Counted from the stretch's first letter, positions 38,328 through 53,055 are shown. The stretch: 64,000 bases of DNA from Eledone cirrhosa (GCA_964016885.1 OZ024741.1:346642001-346706000), one strand, 5' to 3'. Made by a program: numbers and translations. The notes: generated by a model not told the origin, from the letters alone.

Positions 38328-39973
38328 ATTGTTGGGGAGGGTCATATTTGTGTAATATTGCCAGAATTAATAACAGAACACACTCACTGTTTGGTTGGTT
38401 TTCGCTTCTCGCTGTCTTTTATATCGGTAATCTAACTTACTCGGTCCTCAATGTTGCCATTGACTGACCGACGGTCAAAAATAATACAGATACAATATAG
38501 ACACAAACACATATATATAGTTTACATAATTTACATAAGTCTTTCGTTGCACATCTGCAACATCGTCAGTGGTGTTATATTTTCCTCCTGTTGTGTTGTA
38601 TGTCTACGCCATTTTTTATTCAGTCTGTCTATATATTTATTTATTTATTTGCTTGTTTGTTTATTTTATTTTGTCTTCTTTGCGCATGCGTTTGCGTGTG
38701 GGTTTAGTGTTATGTTTGCTGTGTGACTAGAGTGTATAGTGTTATGTTTGCTGGGTGACTAGTGTGTGTTTATGTGCTTGTTGTTATTGTGCTTGTGTAT
38801 GTATTTATTTATCTTATTTTATTTACTTATTTATACTTCTCTTAGGTCAGTGTTGTTTGTTTGGGTGTTGTTGTTGTTCCACTCATTCTTTCTGTTTAGC
38901 TTTGGTCTTCTAATTTCTATTTCACTGGCCTCTCTGATTTGCCTATCTGCTGGGTCATTTCTATGTTTAGATATTATTCTAATTTCTATGTTGTCTATGT
39001 TACCGTCGTGTTATTGTCTAGCATGTTCGTATAGTACTGACCCGTTTTTTCGTCCTTTTAGTTCCCCCAGTGTTGGTCTATCCTTTCACCTATGCTACGA
39101 GCTGTCTCACCTATGTATGTTGTTGTCATGTTTCTGCAAGTACCCTCTGTACATCTTATGCTATAGACTACGTTTCTAGTTTTACAGTTTATCCGGGGGT
39201 TCACCTTACATATGATACATTTCCTATTGGTACAGTGGGTTTTCTTAAAAGGGTAGGTTTTGCTGATCAGGGATTTTATGGTGGTTCCTGGCTTTTTTAC
39301 CACCTTTATTTTTAAGTGGGTCCTTCTCAGGGCCTTTCTACACTGGTTAGCTAATTTCCCTCCAGGGGTGGCGTCCACAAACATGACACTCGGTATCTCT
39401 GGTTGTCGTACCATGATGTGGCTTTCCCTATCTTATGTCTAGCCCTATCTAAGCTATTCCATGATTTGCTCCTGTATAATGGGACAATTCCTTTCATGTC
39501 CAGTTCTATGAGGGTCTTATACTTTTCCATGGCTCCTTCGTATACTCTGACTCTGTCTCTTTGGTTGTAGCCAGAGAACTGCATGCGGTTGATGAAGCGT
39601 TGGATGTGTCTTTCCATTTCTGTTGGGTCGCACATGCTGGACACATTCTTCATCACTCGTACCAAATCTGCGATCAGAATATTAAACTTAGCACTACTGG
39701 ACATTGCTGAGTTTTTGAGTATCAGGTATTTGGAGGCCATGGGTTTACCATAGTGTGAGTGGAGAATTTGGGCTCTCTCGCCTATAGTGTTAATCCAGAG
39801 TTCTGTGTCTAATACAGGTAGTCTATTGTTAGGGTGTTTGGAAGGGAAGTCGATAGTTACAGTTATACTCTGGTGTCTGGAATTAGCTATCTGCTGTATG
39901 CTTTCCATCGTGCTACGTTCTAAATCAAACTTGTTAGTGCTCTCTAGTGGGGGTGTTCTTATAACTATATTGA

Positions 39974-39975
<2 letters not shown>
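38328..39975 (-). mobile_element. 5'-truncated copy of the 21640-25850 PLE
   Basis: Near-identical to ~24120-25780, with (TA)n on both sides. Confidence 0.93.
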
Positions 39976-40057
<82 letters not shown>

Positions 40058-40140
40058 AGTGTATCCCGGATTCAATCATGGGTAACCACAGTAAGCAAGC
40101 TGCTCAATACATAGCAGATTAAAAATATTTAATATAGAAA

Positions 40141-40192
40141 TGACTTCTACAGAACTAGAGTGTTTCATTCGGGAGAAATCATCAGGAAGCCA
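40141..40192 (-). ncRNA. HHR motif (more decayed relative at ~43540-43595)
   Basis: TGGCTTC-CTGATGA-tTTC tccc GAAt-GAAA-CA..CTAG..TG-TA-GAAGTCA. Confidence 0.65.
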
Positions 40193-40305
40193 ACTGTCCA
40201 AGTAATATGGTGGTATTCATACATTTTAAGGTGGTAGGACAGAATATATACACACACACATATATACACACACACATACACACGCGTACACTAACATACA
40301 AAGAG

Positions 40306-40343
<38 letters not shown>

Positions 40344-40344
40344 A

Positions 40345-40381
<37 letters not shown>

Positions 40382-40492
40382 CTCCGTATAAGACAAGGGC
40401 TGAAAAATATATTTTAACATGTTAAAATATCACGTACAGACACACGTACAGACACATTCCTACTGACCGACCCCTCTACCACGAATTACTCT

Positions 40493-40542
<50 letters not shown>

Positions 40543-41075
40543 TCTTAATAGGCACCTGAACTGTTGACCTGTCAACATGACTGCAAATCACACACACATC
40601 CCTACTGACCATTATCACAACAATGAACCTCTTTACTACTACTACACACACACCCACATATTTGTCTTAAAAGACTTATTTTTCAGTGACTTCTCAATCA
40701 GCCGAGACAAACCTACATTTGGCGCAAAACCAATTTTTAACATTCTCATGACCTCTACCGACCAATCAAAATTGTTTTGACCACAAGAATTTTTGCAAGA
40801 CCAATTGGCGCGAAACTTATTTTAATACATCTGGAGCCACTTTTTTCACATAAAACAGGTAGAATTTCCAAAACTAATCAGATTAGAGCAAACATAACGG
40901 GCGCTCTATCTCAAAATTATTTTTGAAAAGCATTAGAAATAAAAACTTAGAACCATAACTGAATACTAACCAATACTTATTACTAATTTTTACTTATTCC
41001 TAATTAAACTATTTTTCACTGGGAACAATTTGTCAGCATTTTCTTTTCCTTTTACCAAAATATATATATATATAT

Positions 41076-41905
41076 ATGAATGAAAAAATGGCGTGCTGCG
41101 TTGTGCGAATGAAAATAGACCGAGAAACGAGACTGTCCATCATCAGTAGTCTGCTGATTATCATTGGTATTTCTTCGCATTAAAGACTAGATACCTCAAA
41201 ATCAGTGCGAGCGATAACTAAAATAAGTTATCGGGACTGAGCGAATTGGAAGGGGAAAGAAACAAACAACATGGTAGTAATGCATCGTAAAGAGAGGAAA
41301 AGAGAGACAAGTCAATGAATCTTGTGGACTTAAGTCCGAACAAATCAATCGACGAGAACAGGCAGACACGTCTGAGCCACGCGAAAAGTGAGAGAGAAAA
41401 GGTTTTCACACAGGTCAGACTTATTTTAGTTATCGCTCGCACTGATTTTGAGGTATCTAGTCTTTAATGCGAAGAAATACCAATGATAATCAGCAGACTA
41501 CTGATGATGGCCAGCACGTTTCTCGGTCTATTTTCATTCATATGTATCACATTCGTAACAACGCAACACGCCATTTTTGCATTCACATATATTTTATCCC
41601 CTCGCTGTGGTTCGTATTTTTTCTATCACGTTACTGCTATCCTCTTTGTCTCTCCCACTTCTCTCTCTCCTTGTACCTCTTGCTTCCTTTCACCCTCTCT
41701 ACTGGTCACACACTCTCGGCTGGCCTCTTCCTCACACTTTCACTCACTCACTCTCTGCTACTCTCCCTCTCTCCCTTCATCCCGTCTGACCTGTGTGAAA
41801 TCCTATTTTCTCTCACTTTTAGCGTGGCTCGGACGTGTCTGCCTCTTCTCGTCGAATGATTTGTTCGGACTTAAGTCCACAAGATTCATTGTCTATTTTC
41901 ATTCA
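41076..41905. mobile_element. Non-coding fold-back and permuted repeat unit in (TA)n
   Basis: 41080-41227 is inverted at 41419-41578, and ~41310-41419 is inverted at ~41784-41892. Confidence 0.7.
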
Positions 41906-42164
41906 TATATATATCACAGAAAAAAGAGAATCAGTGTTGCGACGAAAGGAATTTATTGGACATATTACAATCGTTTCTCTGGCGACCAGCTCGAGGCACG
42001 ATCAATGTGATGATCAAACCTGACTCTGAAAATCGCAAGGTCCTCAGATACGTCTTGATTCTACGAAGCAGATTTTCCTATGTGCAGATTCTGTGAGCAG
42101 ATCTTCCGAAGCAGATTTTCCGAGAGCTCGTACGGCCTACCGCATACGGACGCTTTAAGCATCC

Positions 42165-42229
<65 letters not shown>

Positions 42230-42233
<4 letters not shown>

Positions 42234-42497
42234 CTTGATCACCTTGACCTACCAGGCTGTCGGGCGCCAATCCGCGCCGCTGGTCACAGCACGTTCGGGC
42301 TGTTTTAGCCATAAGATAACGCCATCCCACTGGCTGGGCGGGCAGGCTGGTATTCATTTCTACAGCTGAGTAAACTGGAGCAACGTGAAATAAAGTGTCT
42401 TGCTCAAGGAAACAACACATCACCCGGTCTGAGAATTGAACTCACAACCTTTCGATTGCAAGCCCAATGCTCTAACCACTAAATCATGCGCCTTCAC
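42230..42497 (-). mobile_element. CORE-like tRNA SINE
   Basis: Head gaaggcgcatgatttagtggttag, B box GTTCAATTC, core ccttgagcaagacacttta..gctccagt..actcagctgt..aaatg. Confidence 0.75.
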
Positions 42498-42498
42498 A

Positions 42499-42564
<66 letters not shown>

Positions 42565-42597
42565 AGTGTGTATATATATGTATATATATATATATAA

Positions 42598-42684
<87 letters not shown>

Positions 42685-43400
42685 CAAAGAGAGAGAAAGA
42701 GTGAGAGAGAGAGAGGGAGAGAAGTATATGTATATATATATATATATCTCACTCTTATATGTATATATATGTATGTTGATATGCGAATATCCCATATGAT
42801 TGTGCATAATCATTGATAATACTATTTGAGAGCTAAATCTATCGTGAATCACAGACTAACATACCCCAGAAACTATACAGCAAATTCTATAGAATATTAC
42901 GCAAATAAGGGTTGAATAGAAAACGTTGAAAGTGCTTCTGACCACTACGATCAATAAGTTTAACGTTACTGCCACAAGCACATCTGGAAAGCCAATAACG
43001 GATTGACGCATATGAAGGTATAATGAATATATTTGACAGAAATGAGAAGGCTTCAATTGAAATAGACAATATACAACATACTTCAACTGTCAACTCTTGA
43101 ATTAATCAAAACATCCAAGTGTTTATAAAAACGACCGATGAAAAAATGGATACAAGTGAACTCAATGTAAGAAAAATGTAAAAGGGGAGTCATACGTTGT
43201 CCAGACATTCGCAAAGTTGGTAGCGTTGCCCCACAACATATAAACCCATTCACATAATTGTGTGAAAATCGGATGACGTCACACATATACCACTTGCTGT
43301 TGTATAAATTGCACAATATCTCCTCAAAAGTATCACAGAAATACGTAAAATAAGTATGATTATGTAACATATGTCTTAACGCTTATTCCATATCCCCCCC

Positions 43401-43442
<42 letters not shown>

Positions 43443-43783
43443 TTATATCCATGTAGATCCCGAGTATGATCGTGGGGTAACCATGGTTAAAAATAGTAAT
43501 CAATACATTAGAAGCATGTAACCATCATTGTTTAATATAGAAATACCTTCTACAGAACTCGAACTGTGTCATTCGAGTGAAACAACCAAGAATGACTATT
43601 TCATGCGAATAAAAGTTATAGTCCCTTAGAAGCCATATATATATATATTCGGTATATAAGGATGCAATTCACTTCTTGCACACAACGTCATATTACTTTC
43701 TAAAAACAAGGATGACGGAATATATTAATAAAGAGGAAAATACGAATGCGAAGTTGAAGAAGTTAGGGTCCTTTTTTAATAGA

Positions 43784-43834
43784 GTTGTTATACATATTTC
43801 AAAGAGGATAGATATCGTGATTTCTTCAGACAGC
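43784..43834 (-). ncRNA. Eroded minimal HHR motif
   Basis: GCTGT-CTGAAGA-AA..GATA tc TATC..TT-GAAA-TATGTA-TA-ACAAC. Confidence 0.5.
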
Positions 43835-44193
43835 AAACATTGATTAAAAGGTTAACATTTCTGAGGCAATTTGGGGTGGAAGGGAGCGGACTAAAAAAAG
43901 GTGTATGTTTTTGATTTGAGTGTCAGCTCCCTTCTAATTTTTCAGGACCTCCTCACAGTCCTGCTTAGTCACAACGGTGTGGGTGGCTGATCACTCCAAT
44001 ACAACCGAGGATACCACCAACCTTACTTGCACACTCTATCTACCAGTCCCCATCCACCTCAGCCGACAACTCTACACAATCAGTTGGAGTTCCAACCAGC
44101 CAAAATGTATTTACTGCTAGATTTGGTGGCCAGCAGAATTTAATGCATTCGTACCCACTACCCGTTTATGGCGGGATAATATACTGATTATCG

Positions 44194-44299
<106 letters not shown>

Positions 44300-44700
44300 T
44301 GATAAAAGTAGAGGATCTACTGCGAGTTCGGCGGTTTCCACTAGTTACCTCAGCTTATTTCATGATTTGTTGCGATTATTTAGGTTTAGTGTTGTTGCTC
44401 TTAATCTATATGGGTTTTCTTGGTAAAAATTAAATATTATTCTCTTCACTTATTAGTCAAATGGTGATAACACGTCTAGAGTTTTCAATTCAGATGTTGT
44501 TGACGCCAAAATATTGAAATTTGCCATATTTTGCTTGCAAACAAACGTTTAAATAATTACACACATAATGAAGTCTATACGCTTTACTGTAAAATTACAT
44601 TACAAAAACTGATTACGTTTGGAACATAATTTTATATAAGTAATTGTTTCACAGCTATATTACAAAGAAGATATTATTTTAGAGTAGACCTACAAACAAT

Positions 44701-44796
<96 letters not shown>

Positions 44797-44873
44797 TTGA
44801 ATTTGGAAAAGGCACATGGAACATATAAGAGACAGAACACCCCCCTGTTGTCCAAGTTGGTTTGTTCCAGTAT

Positions 44874-45629
44874 ATATATAATTGAATAAACAAGAGAGAT
44901 GAACACTAATATAAACATACATGTGTTCGAATCGTAAAGACCAAATTTGCTAGGGTGAAAAAATACTAACTACAGCAATATAGTTTGTTATCCTTAACTT
45001 TAAATATTAAATAAAAAAAAATTAAGAATAATAACAGACTTATATTGGGAAAAAATGCCTGGTAACAAGTGCTATTTAACTGTGAGAGACTTCCCTAAGT
45101 TCTTAACTCAATATATATTTGTCGGCTCCATCATGTAGAGCTATTTTTTATTGTCCTGTCAGCCAGGGTGCTATTTTTAGCGGTAGGTAATTTCGAGACA
45201 AGCTGGGTTCCGAATGACACGTGCGATAATTCATATCATAACACAATTCATTCTCTAATATTTTAAGAAGTGAAAGGATCACTAATTACTCAACAACTAC
45301 TGAGGAGCAGAGAAACGTGAGAACTTCACTTAATAAGTCGTTGCGAACAGTCTCCAACACTGTCTAGTTGTTCCCAGGCATTTTTGCCCAATATAGGTCT
45401 GTTATTTTTCATAATTTTTCTTAATTTAATATTTAAAGTTAAGGATAACATTCTATATTGTTGTAGTTAGTATTTTTTCACCCTAGCAAATTTGGTCCTT
45501 ACGATTCGAACACATGTATGTTTATATTAGTGTTCATCTCTCTTGTTTATTCAATTATATTGTACGGCTCGGAAAAGCTTTTTTCTTAGAGCTATTTAAT
45601 TGTAAGAGACTACCCTGAGTTCTTAACTC
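44874..45629 (+). mobile_element. Non-coding HHR-bearing ~520-bp permuted unit plus inverted arm
   Basis: Direct repeat 45071-45109 / 45591-45629. Inverted arm 44874-45068 versus 45368-45560. Confidence 0.78.
45292..45372 (+). ncRNA. Type I HHR with long helix II (one A missing from GAAA)
   Basis: AACAACTA-CTGAGGA-GCA..TGC-GAA-CAGT ctccaac ACTG-TC-TAGTTGTT. Confidence 0.72.
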
Positions 45630-45675
45630 TCTCTCTCTCTCCCCCCCCCCTCTCTCTCTCTCCCCCCTCTCTCTC

Positions 45676-46257
<582 letters not shown>

Positions 46258-46261
<4 letters not shown>

Positions 46262-46511
46262 AAGGCGGGTAAAATTCCCGAGATCCATGGACGAGTTCTC
46301 TCCAGCGGTCTCTGTCCCTCATTATCGCTGCCATGTCTTGCATCTCCAACAGACCAGTGTCTGTCCTTAGGGCATCAACATACGTTAATCTCGGTCTTCC
46401 TCTTCTAGTGTGTCCATGTAGGGGCTCCCAAAGGGGTACTGAGTGCAATGTCAACTCTGGATGTCTATTACATACATGATGTATATTATATACATTACTC
46501 TCCCAAAGTAT

Positions 46512-46562
<51 letters not shown>

Positions 46563-47395
46563 AACGAGTAGGACTCCGACGGCTGAGCTCAAGCCGTTTC
46601 GACGGCTAATTCTGGACTAAAAAACTTTAGTCCGTTTTTAGTCCAGAATTAGCCGTCGAAACGGCTTGAGCTCAGCCGTCGGGGTCCTACTCGTTCCTAT
46701 TACCCACTCTACTACCCTAAGTATTGAGTACTTTGGTGCGTTATAGTCCACCTGGTTCCTTACCACATTTCCTTCGTTATATATATATATATATATACTT
46801 ATATCTATCTATCTAGTGCGGGTAAAATTCCCGAGATCCATGGACGAGTTCTCTCCAGCGGTCTCTGTCTCTCATTATCGCTGCCAGGTCCTGCGTCTCC
46901 AATAGACCAGTGTCTGTCCTTAGGGCACCAACATACGTTACCCTGGTCTTTCTCTTCCAGTGTGTCCATGCTGATTTTTGGGAGGCTCCCATACAGCTCT
47001 GAGTTTTTCATCCTCAGTGTATACTGATTAACGTTCAGAGCCATCCTCAGCATTCTCGTGTAGCACCCATCCACCATCTGGGTGAGTCTCTTGGTCAATG
47101 TCCAAGTCTCAGACCCGTACAGCAGCACAGACTCCACTACAGCAATGAAGAGACGGATCTTCAAGTCTTCACGAAGGTCCGACTTCCACACCGATCTCAA
47201 ACTGTGGCACGCCGCCCAGGCTTTGTTATTCCTCTCAACCACATCATCTTCCGTATTCCCAATCTTTGCACCCAAATACAGGAAGTCCTCAACTAATTCC
47301 AGCGGCTTCCCGCCTACATTAGTAATTCTCTCTGGCTTCTCAACATTCTCTACCAGACATTTTGTCTTAGTCTCATTCATTCTCAGCCCCACACT
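46258..47395 (-). mobile_element. RTE-like LINE 3' fragments (46258-46465, 46805-47395); further copies at 52430-52805(-) and 59046-59252(+)
   Basis: GLRMNETKTK, FLYLG, ESVLLYGSETWTL, RRLRLAGH, RRGRPRLTYVD. Common 3' end ttacccgccttagata(gata)n. Confidence 0.88.
46558..46782. mobile_element. Fold-back pLTR fragment of the 60158-62970 PLE family with the 3' half of its HHR
   Basis: 46558-46624 is inverted at 46635-46700. GAAA-CGGCT tgagctc AGCCG-TC-GGGGT. Related pieces at 51583-51755, 58870-58962 and 62980-63100. Confidence 0.82.
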
Positions 47396-48559
47396 CATAT
47401 GTGTGTGTGCGTTCGTGTGTGCGTGTATAACTTATATGCCTTAAGGTAGTAGTAATGAAGCCTATTTAAGTGAGATCCAACATTTTGTTGAAGCAAACGG
47501 TTGTGGGGTTCGGTTTTCTTTGGAAAATATATGGTCTGAATTTATTTCAATTTATTCTTAAATTTATTTATTTGCTTGAGATATAAGTAGATTTTGGTAT
47601 ATATGCCCTGGAGTAGTAATGTTTGTAAAATGAAAGGATGTGTAATTTTACGTTGAATCTGTAGAATCTTAAACTGTATGCCATGATTACCTACTTAGAA
47701 TTTAGCTTTGTTTTGGGGTAATAAAATTCGATAAACTTTTGTTGGTATTTGATTAACAGTTATTTGACCGTAGACATAGAGAATGATGCCAAATTACTGC
47801 TTTTCTTCCTTCGTCAGCGTCCACCAGACAATTCGCATGGGTAAGTATTGTTTCGTTAAACCTTTTTTGCTATACTCTGACTACGTGCCTGAATATTTTT
47901 TGCTTGTATATTTCATTTAATCTTAATTGTGGCTTACATTCCAGTGTATGTATTATGTTCATTTTATATTAATGACACTGAGATTTATAGCTTTTACGTC
48001 ACCTTTTGGTTATATTTTCTGATAACATATCTATATTTTTCATCATGAATTAATTTCGTTTATTTTGCAATAAATGTGGATATTTTCTTTATTCTTATTT
48101 TGGATTTTATTTAATGGAATAGTAACTAGATTTCTTGTATTCTTCGTCTGATAATCGTTTCGCTCTTTTCTTTAATAGCTTAATATTTTCTTTAAACTTA
48201 ATTTTGTTTTACATTCCAGATTGTATATTATGTTTATTTGAAACCTAGGGATCCCGATGTGCGAATTCACGTAATTTTGGTGGATTGTTTGAGGGTTTAA
48301 GGTCAAGGGTATACAGCACAGGGGAGAACAATGCATCTTACATAATGGAGTTATAGTTTAATGTATATTCTTATATAGAAATGTGTAATCTGACAGGTAA
48401 TTTGTGAACATCTGAAAAATACCATTCTGTAGACATCAGAATATGTCCTTGGTTTCACCTCAAATAAGAAGTTTGGTTTGATGAAAATAACAAAGAAATT
48501 CAAAAATTGTTGGTGACGAAGAGAGCCACCACCAGGCCCACGTAGCTCAGCCAACATGT

Positions 48560-50010
48560 TCTGTGAAGAAAGCTGCATTCCGCCTCGTATGCAGTAATTT
48601 CTATCGCTGGCTTAGAGGGATACAGAATAAGTTATAGACGAACCTCGCTGAGAGATCTCGTTTGTGCGCAGACACTAGAGATTCTTTAAGGCTTCCTACG
48701 AAGCCTTAAAGATGGTATATGGCGGTATATATGAGTGCAGACGGCCAGACCTTCCTCTCAGATAGGTAGTACATCTTAAGCCGTTGATCAGAATATTTCC
48801 AGACCCTCTTCAGCGTTAAACACGCAGACCAGAAATCAGCAATTTTCTGCAATCCAGAGCAACCAGTAAAGCGAAGTAGGATGAGTTGTCCAACATTGAA
48901 GAGGCCATCAAAGCCATAGAGCAGCCAAGTTGTGGCAAAGCAGAGGGAATAGATGGGATTCCACGAGATATTTGGAAGCGTGGGGTCACGACACACGAAA
49001 CTTCATGAGCTCTTTGTATGTTGCTGGGAGCGGGGCACATTGCCACAAGAGCTCTTCCATGCCGTCATCGTCACGCTGTACAGGAGGAAAGGGGAAACGT
49101 TAGACTGCTCAAATTATCGGGGAATTACTCTATTCACTGGCAAGGGAAAAATCCTTGCAATGATGTTGCTAAACAGGCTGGTACCTATCATCACAGAAGA
49201 CACCTCCCGTAGAGCCTATGTGGTTTTAGAGTCAACAAGAGCACCATAGACATGGTGTTTGTTGTTAGGCAGCTCCAAGAGAAGAGCCGTGAGAAACAAA
49301 AAAGTACTGCATTTGGTTTTCGTTGACTTGACTAAAGCATTCGATACAATAGTTAGAAAAAGAATGTGGCAGATCATGGAACGATTTGGCTGTCGCCCAT
49401 AATTCCTGAACTTGATCATACAAATACACGAAGACCGGCGTGGCCAAGTCAGACTCAGCAGTGACCTTTCAGAACCCTTTCGGAAAGTAGGGTTGCGTCG
49501 AAACACCAATATCAGAGTGTTCAAAGTCATAATCATTAACACCCTCCTCTATGGTGTCACTTATTAGCACCACATTCGACTTCTCGTGCGCTTCCACCAG
49601 CGCTGCATTCACACCACACTTAACATCCCCGGGAGAGGTTTTGTTACCAATGTTGAATGCCTTGAACAGGCGGAGGTCACCAGCGTCGAGGCGATGCTGT
49701 TGAAATCCCAACTTCGCCGGGCAGGAGGCATCTCCAGGATGAAGGATCATTGGCTTCCCAGGATTACATTTTACGACGAACTCTCCACTGGCCATAGTCA
49801 AGGGAGCGGGTACCAACGTAGTGACACAAGCAGTGTTTGAAAAAATCCCTTGGTGCATGTCACATCGCCAGTGGTCCATCCGAGCTCTGAATGATGACGC
49901 ATGGTGTCTCAACAGCAGCCATGATGTCTCCTTCTTCGAAAACTACCGCAGAGTTACCCTCAAGTACAAAAGGCACAGGGGAAAGAGCACAACCCCTTCA
50001 TATTTTTCTT
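48560..50010 (+). mobile_element. Decayed RTE (BovB-like) LINE RT region
   Basis: AVIVTLYRRKG..DCSNYRGITL...GKILA..LLNRL, FVDLTKAFD, RFHQRC, QLR.AG..RM.D..LP. Confidence 0.85.
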
Positions 50011-50156
50011 TCGCCAAATCAAATCGCGATGATGTATATAGGTGCAGTGTATGTGTATGCATATTTAGGGTAGTTATCGATGGTGAATAAATTGGTTGGA
50101 GCAATATGGGTATTGATTCCGTATGCATATATATGTATAAATAAATGCATATGTAC

Positions 50157-50227
<71 letters not shown>

Positions 50228-50387
50228 CATACATATACATTTATATATATATATATATACATATATGTATATATATATATATATAAATGTATATATATAT
50301 ACATACATATACATTTATATATATATACATATATACATATTTATATATATATATATGCATATATGTGTGTGTGTGGGGGGGGGGGGG

Positions 50388-50647
50388 GTGAAGGCGCATG
50401 GCTTACTGGTTAGAGGGTCGGACTTACAATAGTGAGATTGATTCTCAGACCAGGCCTTACGTTGCGTTCTTAAGCAAGACACTTTACCTCACGTTGCTCC
50501 AGTTCCCTCAGCTGTCGAAATGTCTTCCGCTGTCACTGGAGCATAGGTGACGTGGAGAGGGGAGACTGGTATATCTGGGCGGCTGTTCGTTTTCCACAAA
50601 CAGGAATTTCTATGTGCAAAGCCAATGGTCATTCGAAGTGGGACTTG

Positions 50648-50648
<1 letters not shown>
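50388..50648 (+). mobile_element. CORE-like tRNA SINE (decayed)
   Basis: Same head and core as 42230-42497. Confidence 0.7.
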
Positions 50649-50678
<30 letters not shown>

Positions 50679-50679
50679 T

Positions 50680-50787
<108 letters not shown>

Positions 50788-50835
50788 AATGTATATATAT
50801 ATAATATATAATGTGTATATATACATATAATATAC

Positions 50836-50874
<39 letters not shown>

Positions 50875-50959
50875 TATATATAATATATATATAATATATA
50901 TATGTATATAATATATATATAATATATATCTATATATATATAATATATATGTATATATA

Positions 50960-51022
<63 letters not shown>

Positions 51023-51112
51023 CTAACTCAGGGATATATGTGGATATATTCATGTGTATGTATGTGTCCGCATGTATCTGTGTGTTTCTCTATATATTTT
51101 GTATAATTTATA

Positions 51113-51143
<31 letters not shown>

Positions 51144-51207
51144 ATAATATATATATATTATAAAAGAGAAAACACAGGTAAGCATTAAGAGAAGGATTTT
51201 ATCTAGG

Positions 51208-51309
51208 TATTTACGACCGTTTCATTGGTAAGTGCAACCTTATATTGCTATACTGCACATAGCAGCCACTCAATTATAATTGTTGTTCACAGTCCAAATT
51301 TTCAAAATA
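51208..51309 (-). ncRNA. HHR-like motif with U3-A8 core and branched ~75-nt helix II; second copy at 53280-53381
   Basis: TATT-TTGAAAA-tTTGG...CCAAt-GAAA-CGGTCG-TA-AATA, within the duplicated segment 51158-51582 / 53231-53842. Confidence 0.65.
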
Positions 51310-51766
51310 GTGAGTAAGATACTCTTGAAATAATTCTTAATATATAGAGAGAAAATCATTTATTTGGAATTGTATTTACTAGTATAGAGAGAGAGGAATC
51401 AGAAGGTGAGGGGACAAACGGAATAGTATAGAGAGAGAGGAAGGGGGAGAGGTAGGAAGTAGAGTGACAAACTGAGATGGAGGGAGGGGTAGAGGTGGAA
51501 GGATTCTTTGGTCAGTTTTGATAGAAGACTTCATGTAGTGGAAAGTAGTGAGTTAAAGAGAATTAAATTGATCATAGTGGGAGGGGTCATAGCCACTATG
51601 GAGTCACACCCACTATGGGGTCATACTTTTTCATATTTCCTACTCTACTACCCTAAGTATTGAGTACTCTGGTGCGCTATGGTCCATCTGGTTCCTTACC
51701 ACAATTCCTTTGTTATTATATATATATATTCCGTCGGGGTCATACTTTTTCCTATATATATAATAG

Positions 51767-51814
<48 letters not shown>

Positions 51815-51841
51815 ATCAAAAGATGGTTAAAGAGTTCCATG

Positions 51842-51912
51842 TATATTATTATGCGCATTTCAAAAACAAATATCATCATGCAATAACATTTGTGTTTTCG
51901 TCAGATAAAATA
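51842..51912 (-). ncRNA. Minimal type I HHR inside the fold-back insert 51808-52200
   Basis: TATTTTAT-CTGACGA-AAAcACAAATGTTATT..GATGATATTTGTtTTT-GAAA-TGCGCA-TA-ATAATATA. Confidence 0.82.
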
Positions 51913-52097
51913 GGAAGACATGATATGAAGGTTAAAATACATTTGTGAATAGTGCAGTTTTAAATCAACATATGTTGGAACTCTTTTAACCATCTTTTGA
52001 TCTTATATATTATTTATACTTCAGCCCTACAAACTGTAGAGTGCTTCTTATCCGATATCTGCATTGCTTTATTGTACTACAATAAAACTCATCTCCT

Positions 52098-52149
<52 letters not shown>

Positions 52150-52192
52150 AGGAGATGAGTTTTATTGTAGTACAATAAAGCAATGCAGATAT

Positions 52193-52258
<66 letters not shown>

Positions 52259-52944
52259 ATATATATATAATATATATATTATATATATATTATATATATA
52301 TATAATATATATATAATATATATATATATAATATATATATTATATATATAAAATATATATATATATAATATATATATATAATATATATATTTATAATGTA
52401 TATATATATAATATATATATATAAAATATCTATCTATATCTAAGGCGGGTAAAATTCCCGAGATCCATGGACGAGTTCTCTCCAGCGGTCTCTGTCCCTC
52501 ATTATCGCTGCCATATCCTGCATCTCCAACAGAACAGTGTCTGTCCTTAGGGCATCAACATATGTTAACCTTGGTCTTCCTCTTCTAGTGTGTCCATGTA
52601 GGGGCTCCCAAAGGAGCACTGAGTGCAATGTCAACTCTGGATGTCGGTGAGCATGTCCAGCCAACCTCAGTCTCCTCTGTGTCACTTTTGAGCTGACTTT
52701 TGGGATGCTCCCATACAGCTCTAAGTTTTTCATCCTCAGTGTATACTGATTTTTTTTTTGTATGCTGAGGATGGCTCTGAACATTAATCAGTATACACTG
52801 AGGATATAAAATATATATATATATAATATATATATATATATAATATATATATAATATATAATATATATATATAATATATATATATATATATAATATATAT
52901 ATATAATATATATATATAATATATATATATAATATATATATATT

Positions 52945-52975
<31 letters not shown>

Positions 52976-52986
52976 TATATATATAC

Positions 52987-53055
<69 letters not shown>

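Noticed and set aside
47780-47846. Possible host exon ending in G/GTAAGT
   Set aside because: An isolated donor-like motif with no supportable ORF or partner exons.
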